Assembly (NCBI GenBank): GCA_030704615.1
Contig: CM060732.1
Span: 23,126,001-23,190,000, forward strand
Length of the DNA: 64,000 bases
Origin: Takakia lepidozioides
Lineage: Eukaryota; Plantae; Bryophyta
Direction: 5' to 3'
The number at the start of each line of letters is the position of its first letter. The stretch's first letter is position 1. The position numbers and the translations under genes are program-made. The notes beneath the pieces are model-generated. The model saw nothing but the letters and a program-made list of their open reading frames with translations. It ran no database searches and was not told the origin of the DNA. Shown here piece by piece: positions 23,499-36,140 of the stretch.

Positions 23499-26400
23499 AT
23501 GGCTTCTCCTAATGACGTGGCCTTCGCCGAGTTTCAGTATACTGAAGAGCCTTGCCCTTTCAGTGCCTCGGTTGAAGATGATGGTTTTGCTGTGGTGGAG
23601 GAGCATGTTCTGGCAGCAAGGTTCAAGCTTGACATTGGTTGTGTTACTGTCGAGAAAGAGATCTATGACTTGGAGGGAAACGTTCAAAGAACGTTGTTCC
23701 AGAAACCGCACGTTGCACAGAAACACAAGGAATGGAGAGTTCTTCCTGGAAAATATCATGTGTTCCGAAGCAAAAGGAGACAATCCGGTGGCTCCATTGT
23801 CACTCCTGGGACAACTGCCTCTGTCGTTCAAGGAAAGCGGCATGTGACTGTGAAGCAGGAGGACACCACTTCAACAACTTTTGTGACCCTGTCGGATTCC
23901 TCGGATGATGAATTGGCAGAATTACTGGCTCCCATGAATAGTCTTCCTGAAGGGGACATCGATGTTCAGGAAATCGTTAGCGTCATCCCACATCTGAAAG
24001 CATTGTCAGGAAAACCAGGATCCAAAAATGAGATCGCAGGGATACTGTGGGATTCATTCGCAACAAAAATGATTCATTTCCTTCCACCTTCCTTCGACGG
24101 TGACATCCTCTTTGAGCTGAATCCAGCAACTTGTGCTGGGGGCCTCTCAGGTCTCTTGCAAGGAATGGATAAAAAGCATGATGGCCATCCATGGTGCAGA
24201 ACCAAAACGTCCAATATCCACAACGATGTAAACTTGACATTCAGAAGGAGCGTTTGTGTGGGGCATCTGAGATGTGTGAATGCAAGTTGCCAGCATTTCA
24301 TGAAGAGCGGTGCTAAAAATGAGAGTGAGTGGGAAGGACTCTCCGACAATCCTTTTATCCCAAGCTGTGCCCCACCGTCTGCCAGTACATTTGTTTGTAA
24401 GTTCTGCAAGGTGGCCCCCTCATGCATTGCACATTGCCCTGCTCGCATGTACTACGTTACTCACCGTTGCAAAACCATGACTCGAGCCTACATTCATTTT
24501 GGGACTCACGACCATCCTGTGTCTCACGGCAATTGCAGAGATAGTGTGGAGTTGGCGCGTGGGCTTGTCGTGGAGGAGTTTGCAAAGTCCCCTTCAGCCA
24601 AACCATATGCCATAGCGCTGGCTGCCAGCAAAAGTTTGCTAGAGAGGCACATTCTTGGGCAGGGAAGCGAATGCAGCTCATGAAGACTTGAGGGGGTTTC
24701 TTTGGATGCAATGATGGATCACTTCCCCGTGTTGAGCTCCCCCAATATTAGGAATCAGGTGAATGCATTGAGAGTGCGCGGTGGAAACACAGGGTCCATC
24801 CACAGCATTATGGAGCTCAAGCGCATAAGTCAATATGACTTTATCCAATCTAGCGTCTTCCCGGGTCAAGGGTCTTCAAAGGTTTACTTGTTCAAGATGT
24901 CTACGGTGGGCGAGGGCAGTGGCGTCAGCCTGGCCAGACGTATGCAACAAGGGGGGGATCTGGAGAAAGCCTGGATGATGTTCGATCATTGCAAACGAGT
25001 GAAGGGCTGGACAACCATGTCTTGCCATGTTTACGACCCGAACTACCAAAGAATAATGACAATTGCCATCTGTGACGTGCAGTCTGAAGATACAGAGTCC
25101 CAGATGATAATGTGGAATTGTTTGCTTTCAGTCATGGAGTCCAATGGACATACAGGCATAAATTTCAACGGGTTTATGGCGGATGGTGCACAGGCTAACT
25201 TCAATGCTGTGCGTCGAGTTTTTGGATCTGGTGATCCAAAGGTACCCATGCCTAATAGGGAGCGCACATGTCTATTCCACTGGACTCAGTCCAACATACG
25301 AAGAGGTGCATCAGAAGAGATCTGCAGGCGGAGCATATGAGGCTCTGCTTCATGTACAAGAATGCGACTACAATGGAAGAGGCTGAGACCATGTACCAGA
25401 CAGTGAGAGCATGGTGGTTCTCGTCAGGGGCTACTGATCAGGACGGTGTCAAAGAATTGGAAGACTGGTTGGTCTTCTGGCACTTCAAATACAGGCAATG
25501 GGGGGCTTTCATGACTACTGTAAGCTGTCTTTCACCTCTGCAATCCCTTGTATGTGCCCAATTTCTTTCCTTGTTCCCAGAACAGTCTGCGCTTGCATGA
25601 ATGATGCTCTTTCATTTTCCTTTCACAGGACGTGTCCCTTGAGGACATTGCGGACATGTCGTCCTGCAATCTGGCAGAAAGCGTTCACGCCACCTGGAAG
25701 CAGCAATCTGGCAAAGCAGGAAGAGATCTGTACATTGCTACAACAGATGATCTAGTGCGAGCTCTAACCCGGCAAACAAGATATCGTGACTTCCTCAGGG
25801 GCCGATGTGGGGGCAAGGGACCAGATACAGCAGAGTTGATGCTGAGGGCTGCAAGAAGGTCCGGGGATCCAACGAAGATGGCAAAGGCAGTGAACAGGTG
25901 CACAATGGGCTCACCTCTCCAATCAAGGGAGCCCCATCAGGAAGGAGAGGAAAGGTTTGGGACTTGCAAATGCAAGCTAAATACACCTCCAGGATCAGAT
26001 GGGGATTCACATCGCCATGACAGAGACAACTTCTTTGTACCCAAGATTTCTCCACTACAAAGCATGGCGTCCAGTAGGAAAGAGGCTGCTGGTGCTTCCT
26101 CTTCCACAGAGCTACCTGCAACCCCTGTAATTGCGGGTTTCTAGCAGGACCACAGGGGGGCAGTGCAGGAGTCACCTTGTGCTGACTCCGAATGACACAT
26201 CGAGCGAACTACTCCAGGGTCTAGAGTTGGCTGCGCTGCAGTGAGGGCCATTAGTTATGAAAAGTGTAAGTCCAGGATAGCCAAAGGCTCGGCGGGTACT
26301 CTAGCTCCGACGTTCACAGGTTTGATTCGGCCACATATATCAAAGGAGTCAAAGATGCACAAATTCTGGTTCTGCCCGGACGATATGGCTCGCTGTGTGA

Positions 26401-27002
26401 ATGGTACCGTCCGCGACTCCTGCATTGCTAAGCCTCCCCCACCAACCATTTGGCCAGTGCGGGTGGGAACCTCCATAATAGCACTGGAGATTGACAAGTT
26501 GGAGGACGCCGACTTTCGTCTGCACCGATCAGTGGCGTCGACTCTTGGTGGCCTTGCTACTATGGTGCCTCCTCTAGACGATACTTCGCATCCCATGAGA
26601 AGGAATGGCAAAACAGTGCATCGGGTGGCTTCGGGGCCTGATCACGATGCGAAGGTGGAATCGGCTAGACTACTTCAGGCTCGGGTAACATGAACTATGG
26701 AAGTACCTTCACTTGGGTATGGACGGGTTTATACTTTGGTCACATCTGGGTCTGTTTTGCACGACAGGGCCTATCAGGTGACGGTGGGAAATTTTCCGGG
26801 GTGTACCTGTCCTGACTTCGTGTGCATGCGTGAGGAAGCTCTAGGAAAGAGAGGGAAATGGGTTCCCTGCAAGCATCTTTACTACATCTTTTTGCGCAGG
26901 ATGTATTGTGATCCCAAAAGAGACCAAATCATTCACCAGGCAACACTAGGTCCTGGTGAGGTACGGACACTTTTGCAGCGAGACATTGGCAATATCGAGT
27001 AG
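23499..27002 (+). pseudogene. MULE-type DDE transposase with N-terminal GCM/WRKY-like zinc finger and C-terminal SWIM finger
   Basis: Zinc finger: RRSVCVGHLRC...CKFC...CPARMYYV...HFGTHDHP. Catalytic-like motifs: WMMFDH, FMADGA, CLFHW (CxxH), NLAESVH. SWIM: CTCPDF...CKHLYY. Intron 25520-25628; several stops and a frameshift. Confidence 0.85.
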
Positions 27003-27165
27003 TGTTGCATATGTTGCAATTTTTCGCAATGTCGGAAAAGGCTGCCTTGTTGGTAGAACATGTAAAGGTAGTTTATTTTTTCATCGGGTTTGGTTAACGA
27101 GCCTCTAAAATTTAGTGCGTCAACGCACACCACTTCTGCCCCCACCCCCAATATTTCCATGGGCC

Positions 27166-27196
<31 letters not shown>

Positions 27197-27289
27197 TTGT
27201 TTTGTTCGCAGTCCTGCCAAACATGGACAAGTGTCAGTATGAAAGCACATTTTATTTTTTGACGGCCTCTACAGAAGCATTGCGTAAAT

Positions 27290-28270
27290 GAGCTTCATGA
27301 TGACCATCTGTTTTTTTTTCCACTTCATCTGGAATAACAGGCAGCTGAACAAGTTTCACAATGATAGCTCATTTGTTTTCCACTTCCTCTATACAAACAA
27401 ACCCTAAATAAGCATTCATGATGACCATATGATTTTTTTTCACCTCTTCTTCAATAACAGAAACCTGAAGAAGTTTGACAATGATAGAGCTCAAGTTTTT
27501 TTTTCACCTCTTCTTCACAAACAATCCCTAATTTATTCATGATGACCATCTGATTTTTTTTTCACCTCTGTTTCATCAATAGAAACCTGAACAAGATTGA
27601 CAATGATAGAGCTCAAGTTTTTTTTTCACCTCTTCTTCACAAACAATCCCTAAATAAGCATTCATGATGACCATCTGGTTTTTTTTCACCTCTTCTTCAA
27701 TAACAGAAACCTTAAGAAGTTTGACAATGGTAGAGCTCAAGTTTTTTTTTCACCTCTTCTTCACAAACAATCCCTAATTTATTCCCTAAATAAGCATTCA
27801 TGATGACCATCTGGTTTTTTTTTCACCTCTTCTTCTATAACAGAAACCTGAAGAAGTTTGACAATGATAGAGCTCAACTTTTTTTTCACCTCTTCTTCAC
27901 AAACAAAGCCTAAATAAGCTTGAAGATGGTCATCTGTCAAATTTTCACCTCATCTACATTAATAAAAACCATTGCCTGTTTCACAATGAGTGGTCATATT
28001 TTGGGGCCTGTTCTTGCCCATCCTCATTATTTTAATCCTCTCCTTCAATATTTCATCCATCCATCATTCATCCACCATGGATGAAATATGAAACGTCATA
28101 TAGCTGGACAATGAGCATCCAAACTTTTCTTGCCTCTTGTTCATGCAAGAATCCCTAAGTAAGATTCATGATGACTCACCCAGCCTTTTATTTCACCTCT
28201 TCTTCAATAAGAAAACCTCAGTAACTTTCACAATGACCATTCCATGTTTTCTATACCTCTTTTTTTAAGC
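27290..28270 (+). repeat. Subterminal ~124-bp tandem repeat (two TTCACCTCTTCTTCA-containing half-units)
   Basis: CATGATGACCAT recurs at ~27296, 27417, 27538, 27663 and 27799, with degenerate copies beyond. Confidence 0.9.
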
Positions 28271-28658
28271 GCTATAACTGCTTCCATGACAATAGGACCC
28301 TCTTTAAACAGAGGACTCGGGTATGGGGCCTGCTTCTTCCTCCACTAAACCCATGGGCTCACGCTTAGAGGGCAAAGCGTGAGCCGAGCTCCTGGGCTCA
28401 CGCCGTAGCTGTGCTCGCCGATTGGCACCTCTATTTAAGCGAAACCTTGGGTCTCTCAAGTGGTGGTTGGTTTTGGATCTCATGAGTTGTATGAGCTGAT
28501 TATGAGAAAGATTGCATGTGGTTGGATGAAAAGTAGTGACTGTGTGTAACGCTTGAACAGATTCTTTCCTGTCTAGCGAGCGCTGCCCTATAGAGCATAC
28601 AACCCCAGTATAGGTAAGTCCCCGGGATAGAGAGGAATTTTCGCACGCCCCGGAATCA

Positions 28659-28673
28659 TGGTGGAGATGGGGG
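28659..28673 (+). promoter_or_regulatory. Primer-binding site complementary to the tRNA-Ala 3' end
   Basis: TGGTGGAGATG immediately after the LTR pairs with ...CATCTCCACCA of eukaryotic tRNA-Ala. Confidence 0.75.
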
Positions 28674-30776
28674 GCATTGCGAGAATTCATCTGTGCTAAT
28701 GGATGAGGTTTGATCATTGTTGTAACTGTTTCGGCAGGAGAATCAGGGTACAGGTACGACGGACAGGCACCATGGCGGCGCTCCGGGCTCACTGTTTGCT
28801 GCAGATTGTCTCTACTCTGCGTGAGCTCACAGGTTGTGTTTGTGCTACATGCCATGGCCGCTCCTTCTAGCTCTCAAGCTGTGCTTCCAGAAGTCACGCC
28901 TGAGCTGAACTTTGAGTTGACGTTTCTGCATGAATTGCGTGCCTGTTTAAGTGAAGATATCTGTAAGTATGCCCCTTTTGATTCGAGTGCACCTTGGGCG
29001 AGAGAAGAGATTGTGTTAGATACTCCCTCGAACCATTGGGTTGCTCAATTTGAGGCTGAGGCTGCGGAGGAGGCTGCAAAGGTGGTAACGATGGCAGCCC
29101 AGAAAAGGGAACAGAAACGAAAAGTGGAACAAGCGCTCCAAGGAGCCTGGGCGGGGAAATTTTTGCAAGAGTTGCATGCGGAAGAGATTGCCAAGAGGAT
29201 TCATTTTGCGGTGCTCAAAGAGCGCATGCGAGCGGGTGAATGGAGTGCCCAAGTTTACGGTGTCTCGTGAGATTGGCCGTGATCTGGAAAGTTTTGTACA
29301 CCCTCACAAGCCCAGCCCTCTCCGACTCTGGGAATTCATTAAAGGTGGCACGGCGATTGTTTTTGCCAACTTGCGCTCCACCAGCACTAGGGCACCTGAT
29401 CCTACTTGGGAAGAGGTCGTGGCGGGTGTTCTTGCCTAGCGTTTCCCTCATTCTGCTGAGGACATAGTCATCTTTCCTGGCCAGAGTTTCAAACATGAGC
29501 GCATAGGGCTCACGCAAGTGGCAGAGGCGGCTGAGTATCCTCCTCACACCTTAATTGTCAAGGAGAGTGTTGTGCGTACTGTGGTGAAGGTCTCCTTCTG
29601 GCTCAAGTCTGACCAAGAAGTGTGGCAGCAGTTGGGCGAAGCAGTCTACCTCTTGCCCAAGCATAAGTATATCAGCAGCCACTGTGTGGCCAACTGGGAA
29701 GATTATGTCCAGGCACCTTTTGATAGAAGGTAAACCCAGCTAAAACCCCTCTCATGCCAGTCTACACTAGGTCCATGTTGGACAAGGAGGCGGAAGAGAT
29801 GGTAGCTGGTTTGAGTGAGTTAGAAGCCCGTAGAGAGAGAGAGATGGCTGCTGAACAGATTGCGGGCACGCAAGGTGAAGCTTCTACTGGTAATGTGAAA
29901 TCTGACAAGGACAATATTCTACCAGACTCAGCTCTAGATGTGGAAGGGTCGTGTGAAGCAATGGGTGTACTGTCGAACTGTCCACCTCTAATGAAGATGT
30001 TAATTCAACAACACACTCCGGTGACTGCTAATAACAAAGCAATTGATTTTGCTGACAAGATGCACAAACAGCCTTACCCGGATTTCAACTTGGGAGATGA
30101 TTTTGAGTCCTTTCTAGAGTTTTTTTATATCAGTAGAGAGATCAATGTTGTCCCCTCTCGATTTGTTGTCAAGGCTTTTCGTGTTTGTTTGAAAGGTGAG
30201 GCTCGCAAGATTTTTGAATCCAGTATCAAGGGCAAGAGTGAGTTGACATGGGATGAGGCTCGCGATCTGGCAGGGTGCATATTCCATGAAGCCAAGCCCA
30301 TAGCCTATACTGTTCCCGAACTGACCTTTGTTCCTGGTGACAGTTTGTGGAAATATTACACTGATCTACGAGTGGCGGTATGTAAGGCCGTTGATGACCC
30401 TTCTGAACGATCTACTATATTGAAACATTGTTTCATCAAGGGTTTGCCGCCAGCAGAGAGAGTCTTTTTACAGAAACAACGTTATCATCATGAGGACGAG
30501 ATGGTGGGTCTTTTGGAAGAGAGGCTTAGATTAAAGGCTGCCAAGACAGGCGTGGTTCGTACTACTACTACTAAGGCCACTCGCTGCTTGGCCAACACTT
30601 GTGGTACTAACAATGCGGTTGTGCATGAAGGGGTAAGTCTTGCGCAGATGACCTCCTGCCTGCCCTTGTCCAAGAGCTTCATCAAATTCGTAGTGATGTT
30701 CAGGACCGGCTCATGGTGTACATCTGCAGTTGGGACATAAGACCCTAACCCTCAGGGTAACAAACCTAGTGGCTTT

Positions 30777-33432
30777 TGTTGGAAATCAACTCCTGACCAA
30801 GTTACTACTATCTAGAGTTACTGTGATGACAAGTCAGGCTTCCATAATAGCTGTGCTGACAAGTCACAGGTAACAAAAGAGATAAGCCTCAGTTAGCTAA
30901 AAAGATAGCTAAAGTTAGCTTCAATTATTAGTGACTCAAGTCATTGTACCAGAATAGCAGGTGGAGATAACTTAAGTAAAAGCATGGAGTTATGTTATAG
31001 TTATCTCAGCTATTTCTGGATTAGACTTTGAGTATAAATAGGGAGAGCTCGGAGGGTGGACACAGCTTGTTGTGGTCTTATGGTTGGGTGGAGAGTTCTT
31101 AGTAATCAGTTCATCTTTTATCTCTATTCTCTGTCGAATTCCAACATGGTATCAGAGCCATTCTTCTCTAGGTGAGGGTTGGTAGTTGAGATTGAGAGAA
31201 CTTGATTATGGCTGGAGCGTCGTCTTCTAGCAATCCTCCTTCTATGTCTATGATGAGTGCATTAGATGTGAGAGTGGAAGATTGATTCAATGGAGCTAAC
31301 TATCAAACCTGGAAGTTTAGGATGGAGATGGTTCTTCTAGACAAAGATCTATGGGGAGTGGTTGATGGATCAGTCCCAAGACCTGACACTATTGTTGGCC
31401 AAGCCATATGGGATAGGAAAGATCAGAAAGCAAGAGCTAGCATCATCACAAGCTTGAGAGACAAACAGTTGCATCTCATTATAAGTGCTAAGAATGCTAA
31501 GGATGTTTGGGACAAGTTAGCAAGCATATATGAGACGAAGGATGTCACATCGCAAGTGTATGCGACGCAAAAGTTCTATGGTCTGAAGATGACCGAGTCA
31601 GACTCAGTTGAACAACACTTAAATTTGTTTTGTGTGTTGCGAGATCAACTAGTCTCTGTGGGAACTAATGTGACTGATGAACACGCCACAGTGGTGTTAT
31701 TGGCAACCTTACCTGAATCCTATGATGGTTTTGTGGTGTCTCTAGCAGGACAAACCAACTTAACTATTGATGTTGTCATAGGACTTATCCTCAAGGAGGA
31801 AACAAGAAGAAAATGTCAAGGTACGTCTACAGAGGTAGACAGAGCTTTGTTCACAGGCAAGACTGGAGACTCCCTTCACATATGTCTCAGAAGTCCCAGA
31901 GGTTTCAGAAACCTCAATCTAGCTCAAAGATTTAAAAAAATGCCAAAGTGAGGTGCTTTTATTGCAAGAAACTTGGTCACATGATCAAGGATTGTAGAAA
32001 GCGCATTGCAGATGAGCGCAGCAGAGAGAGTCAAGGAAACATAGCTAGTTTGAGATGGTGGATCTGAAAGAGATCCTGTGATCATGTGTTGATCAAGCTC
32101 TGTTGAAAAAGACAAAGCGATATCTCAATGAAGTTTTGAGATGGTGGATCTAAAAGAGATCCAGTACTGCTTGGGGGTATCGGTAACTCGTGTTCGACAA
32201 AACCAAGCGATTTACCTGAACCAGCGTAAGTATCTTAAAGATATCTTAAGGCGCTTTGGTATGGCTGAAAGTATGTCGGTAAATACCTCGTTTGTCCCAA
32301 ATTGCAAACTCTCAAAATAGATGAGTCCTAAGAGTGCTGCAGACTTGGAGACAATGAGAGATGTTCCCTATCATAGTGCACAAACAGTGGGGGTTGTAAG
32401 CCAATATGTGGCTAACCCTGGGCAACTCCATTGGGTTGCAGTAAAACGGATTTTCCGTTATCTAAGAGGCACACTGGACTATGGTTTGTGCTTGAGAAGA
32501 ACAATGATAATGTTCAGTTGGATCAAGTGGGTTCATATGGTATCTCAGATAATGCTTGCAAAAGCACAGAGCTATACGGCTATTGTGATGCAGATTGGAC
32601 TGGTAATATTGATGACCGTCACTCTACATCTGGCTATGTTTTTATGCTAGCAAATGGAGCTGTAAGCTGGAGCAGCAAGAAGCAATCTACAATTGTTATG
32701 TCCTCGACTGAGGCAGGATATATGGCTGCATCTCAAGCTCCAAGGCAAGCATTATGGTTATCATCATTTCTATCTAGTATTGGTCGTCCACAGAGGGATA
32801 TCATGATCATATATGATGACAACCAAGGGTGTATTGCTCTCTCAAAGAATCCAATGTTTCATGCTCTCACAAAGCATATTGAGATTCATCATCATTTGGT
32901 ACGAGAGAAGACTGAAGCTGGAGTTGTCAAGCTTGTATATTGCAACACCAACAATATGGTTGCAGACATACTGACAAAAGGGCTTAGTGCTGAAAAGCTT
33001 GAACGCTTTCGAGGCTTGATGAGAGTAGTTACATGCTTAACTTGGTAACTCGTTGAGTGGGGGTGTTGGAAATCAATTCCTGACCAAGTTACTACTACCT
33101 AGAGTTACTGTGATGACAAGTCAGGCTTCCATAATAGCTGTGTTGACAAGTCACAGGTAACAAAAGAGATAAGCCCCAGTTAGCTAAAAGATAGCTAAAG
33201 TTAGCTTCAGTTATTAGTGACTCAAGTCATTGTACCAGAATAGCAGGTGGAGATAACTTAAGTAAAAGCATGGAATTATGCTATAGTTATCTCAGCTATT
33301 TTTGGATTAGACTTTGAGTATAAATAGGGAGAGCTCGGAGGGTGGACACAGCTTGTTGTGGTCCTATGGCTGGGTGGAGAGTTCTCAGTAATTAGTTCAT
33401 CTTTTATCTCTATTCTCTGTCGAATTCCAACA
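30777..33432 (+). mobile_element. Internally deleted Ty1/copia element inserted in the gypsy gag
   Basis: LTRs 30777-31146 and 33064-33432 (TG...CA; 12 transitions and 1 indel by eye); TSD GCTTT; PBS TGGTATCAGAGCC (tRNA-iMet); PPT TTGAGTGGGGG. gag with CFYCKKLGHMIKDC joins almost directly to late RT and RNaseH (YCDADW, SSTEAGY, DDNQG, ADILTK). Confidence 0.96.
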
Positions 33433-34289
33433 GCTTTCGGGCCCAAACCCAAACGGGGTCGAGGTATGTGAATAAAACCTCGTTATCTGCCTGTATGATC
33501 TGTAAGTCCACTGAACACTACACGCGTTGGTGCCCATTCATGTCAGACTTGCCTACTATGATTGAGCAAATTAAGAGAGAAAAAAAAAGGGGGGTTTAAA
33601 CGAACAAAGGTCGTCTGTGAGGGTGCCAGACGATCGTCTCCCGAGCCCTAAGTCTATGGTAAGTGCGGTGCTTTCTCAAGACTTTAAATTATTACATTGT
33701 GAAGTGCCTCGCAGGATGGGTAAGCTCCTTGTTCACCCTTTAATGACGCAATGTCATGTAGGCCATCTTTTTTTTTCCTGCATTATCGACACAGGCTGCA
33801 CTATGTTTGCTATTCCACTTAGTGGTGTCCGTGTGTTAGGGCTCAAGCTGCAATCTGCTCATGGCCTGGAAGTTACCATTGCTGATGGCACAGCATATGA
33901 GCCCCTTGGTTTGGTCACGCTCCCAATTCGCATCAGCAGCCAAACAGTCACTCTTACTTGCATTGTGACACTAGGAGAACAATTTTTGCTTGGATTAGAT
34001 TGGATAAAGGAGGCCGGAGCCAGCATCAATCTGTTGGACAGTACCATGTGTCCTCATAACAACGCAGGCAACCCTTACAAGGTAAGCCTTGCCCCGATTT
34101 CCCTTGCGATCGGCACTTCTATGGCAAACTTTGCTAAGTTAAAACTGCAGGCTGCCAGCATGCGAGAACAAGCAAGCCTACATTACAACTGGTCCAGGTA
34201 TAGTCAATACGAAGCTGCTGATGGTTGTTTGCATCAATGGCAATTCCCGCCCCCAGGTCAGAAAAGTGGACCCCCTTTGCCTGTGCCCA

Positions 34290-34550
34290 AAAACACCTTG
34301 TTGCTTCGCTCGCCGGTTGATCTGATGCTTCCTGCCTTCTCTCAACATATAGTCCCAACAGGGTTAGCATTTGTGTGCCCTAAAGGTCATTTCTTAGAAG
34401 TGGACTGCAAAAGCACTGCTTGGTCGCAGCTGGGGTCATAGATCGTGGCTTTAAGGGTGAAGTTCGTCTCCTGATTAATAACCCAGAACGTATTCCGGTG
34501 ACTGTGCGGAAGGGACAGGTACTGGCATGTCTGATTGCAGTCCCTCTCTT
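34290..34550 (+). pseudogene. dUTPase-like domain within the gypsy polyprotein
   Basis: LRSPVDLMLPAFSQHIVPTGLAFVCPKGHFLEV, then a frameshift, then AAGVIDRGFKGEVRLLINN...VRKGQVLACLI. This follows trimeric dUTPase motif spacing. Confidence 0.75.
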
Positions 34551-35317
34551 CGACCTAGCCTCTGTACAAACTGCCTTATCTCTTCAAGGCATAGGCCTTG
34601 TGGACTCTCCCGTTGATCAATTACAAGCTTTTGCTGCTCATGCAAGTCCCACTACTTGCCCAGCTCTCACTCTTGCCCAGGAAGCTCACTTTCAGCAGGT
34701 CCTCCGGGATATCAAGGTAGGTGATCACCTCACTCCTGCCCAGAAGAGTGACCTTCATGCTTTCTCTTGCAACAACTTGGATATCTTCAGCCAAGCCCCC
34801 ATGACTTGGGCAAAACCGATATTCTTCAGCATGACATTGTCACGGATGGTAAACCCATTAAACAATATGCCTATCGGGAGAGTGTTCGTGAGCGCCAAGT
34901 GATTCAAACCGAGATCTCCCAAATGCTTGACGCAGGTGTGATCACTCCCTCTATCTCCCCTTGGGCAAGTCCGATTGTTTTGGTTGCAACAAAAAGGATG
35001 GATTCACCAGATTCTGTGTCGATTTCCGTCGTTTGAATGCCATCACCAAGCATGATGTTTATCCATTACCTCGTAGTAATGAGACCCTAGACCAACTCAA
35101 TGGTGCTACTATCTTCTCTTCGTTGGATTTAGCAGCTGGATTCTGGCAAGTCCCGTTGACTGTTGCTACCAAAGAGAAGACAACTTTCACCTGTCGCATG
35201 GGCATGTACCAATTTGAAACCATGCCGTTTGGCTTGTGTAATGCCACTGCCACTTTTCAAAGGTTAATGGACGTAGTACTAGACAACCTTCGCTGGGAAT
35301 GTGCATTAGTGTACATT

Positions 35318-36140
35318 CAAGGGGGGGGGTGGGGTTTCACTCTATGTATTTTTTCCATATCATGTGCGTACAAAGGTATATTTATACCAGGCTATAGTTT
35401 TAAAATTTTACATTTTTTTCCACCCTATCTTTAGGTAAAATTGTAAAACCTTTTGTTTCTTAATACCCTATTTTTTTATTTTAAAAAAATTGTAACAATT
35501 AATTAGACCCTATTTTTATCTTTTTAAATAATTATAAAATTTCAAAGCATGTACACAAACAACATTCCATACATAAGTCAAATGCCGGACCCAAAGAAAA
35601 GTTTAATTTTCATTAGCCACAAACTCATTCAAAACCGCAGCATCACTTGGATCTAAAGAATACAAGTTTTGAGATGGTTCAAATGTCATAGTCACTGTTG
35701 AGATTATGGTCTCAACATCAATCCATTGTGTATCAATGGAATCATATTTGAACTTCAGGTGACATCTACCTTTAGAGAACCAATTCAAAAACACCATAAT
35801 GGAAGGACCCCCATATTTGGGTAGAGCAGACTTATTCATCAAATCAAAAGGCTGCCTTGATATTCCTCATTTAGAGCCAACTTTCATTCGAATCTTTTGT
35901 ACTCTGGATGAAATATGAGGGATGGATACATTATACTATAGATAAAACCCTTTATTACATTAAATTTTTAAGTAAAACTCTAGATTTTTTTGTGACCCTT
36001 TTTTTAAAAAAATTAGGTGAAAGGATATTGCCCTACCGTATTTTTTAAGTAAAAAATTTATAAACTTTACCTCAAAAGAATAAACTGCACTCTATATTTG
36101 TTCTCACGTGCTTTTGAAAATACGGGGAGTGACCCCCCCA
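35318..36140. mobile_element. Non-autonomous Mutator-type insertion splitting the RT YIDD motif
   Basis: 10-bp TSD AGTGTACATT (35308-35317, 36141-36150); degenerate G-rich TIRs (GGGG..TCACTC..GTATTTT); AT-rich interior with a minus-strand ORF remnant at 35603-35842. Confidence 0.8.

Larger units (their letters stand above)
20495..28413 (+). mobile_element. Multigene Mutator-like element (MULE), copy 1; left end truncated
   Basis: Contains a ParB-like gene, a palindrome array, an orphan gene, a transposase, a ~124-bp tandem repeat and a hairpin terminus. The right boundary is defined by loss of identity with the inverted copy beginning at ~42799. Confidence 0.8.
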
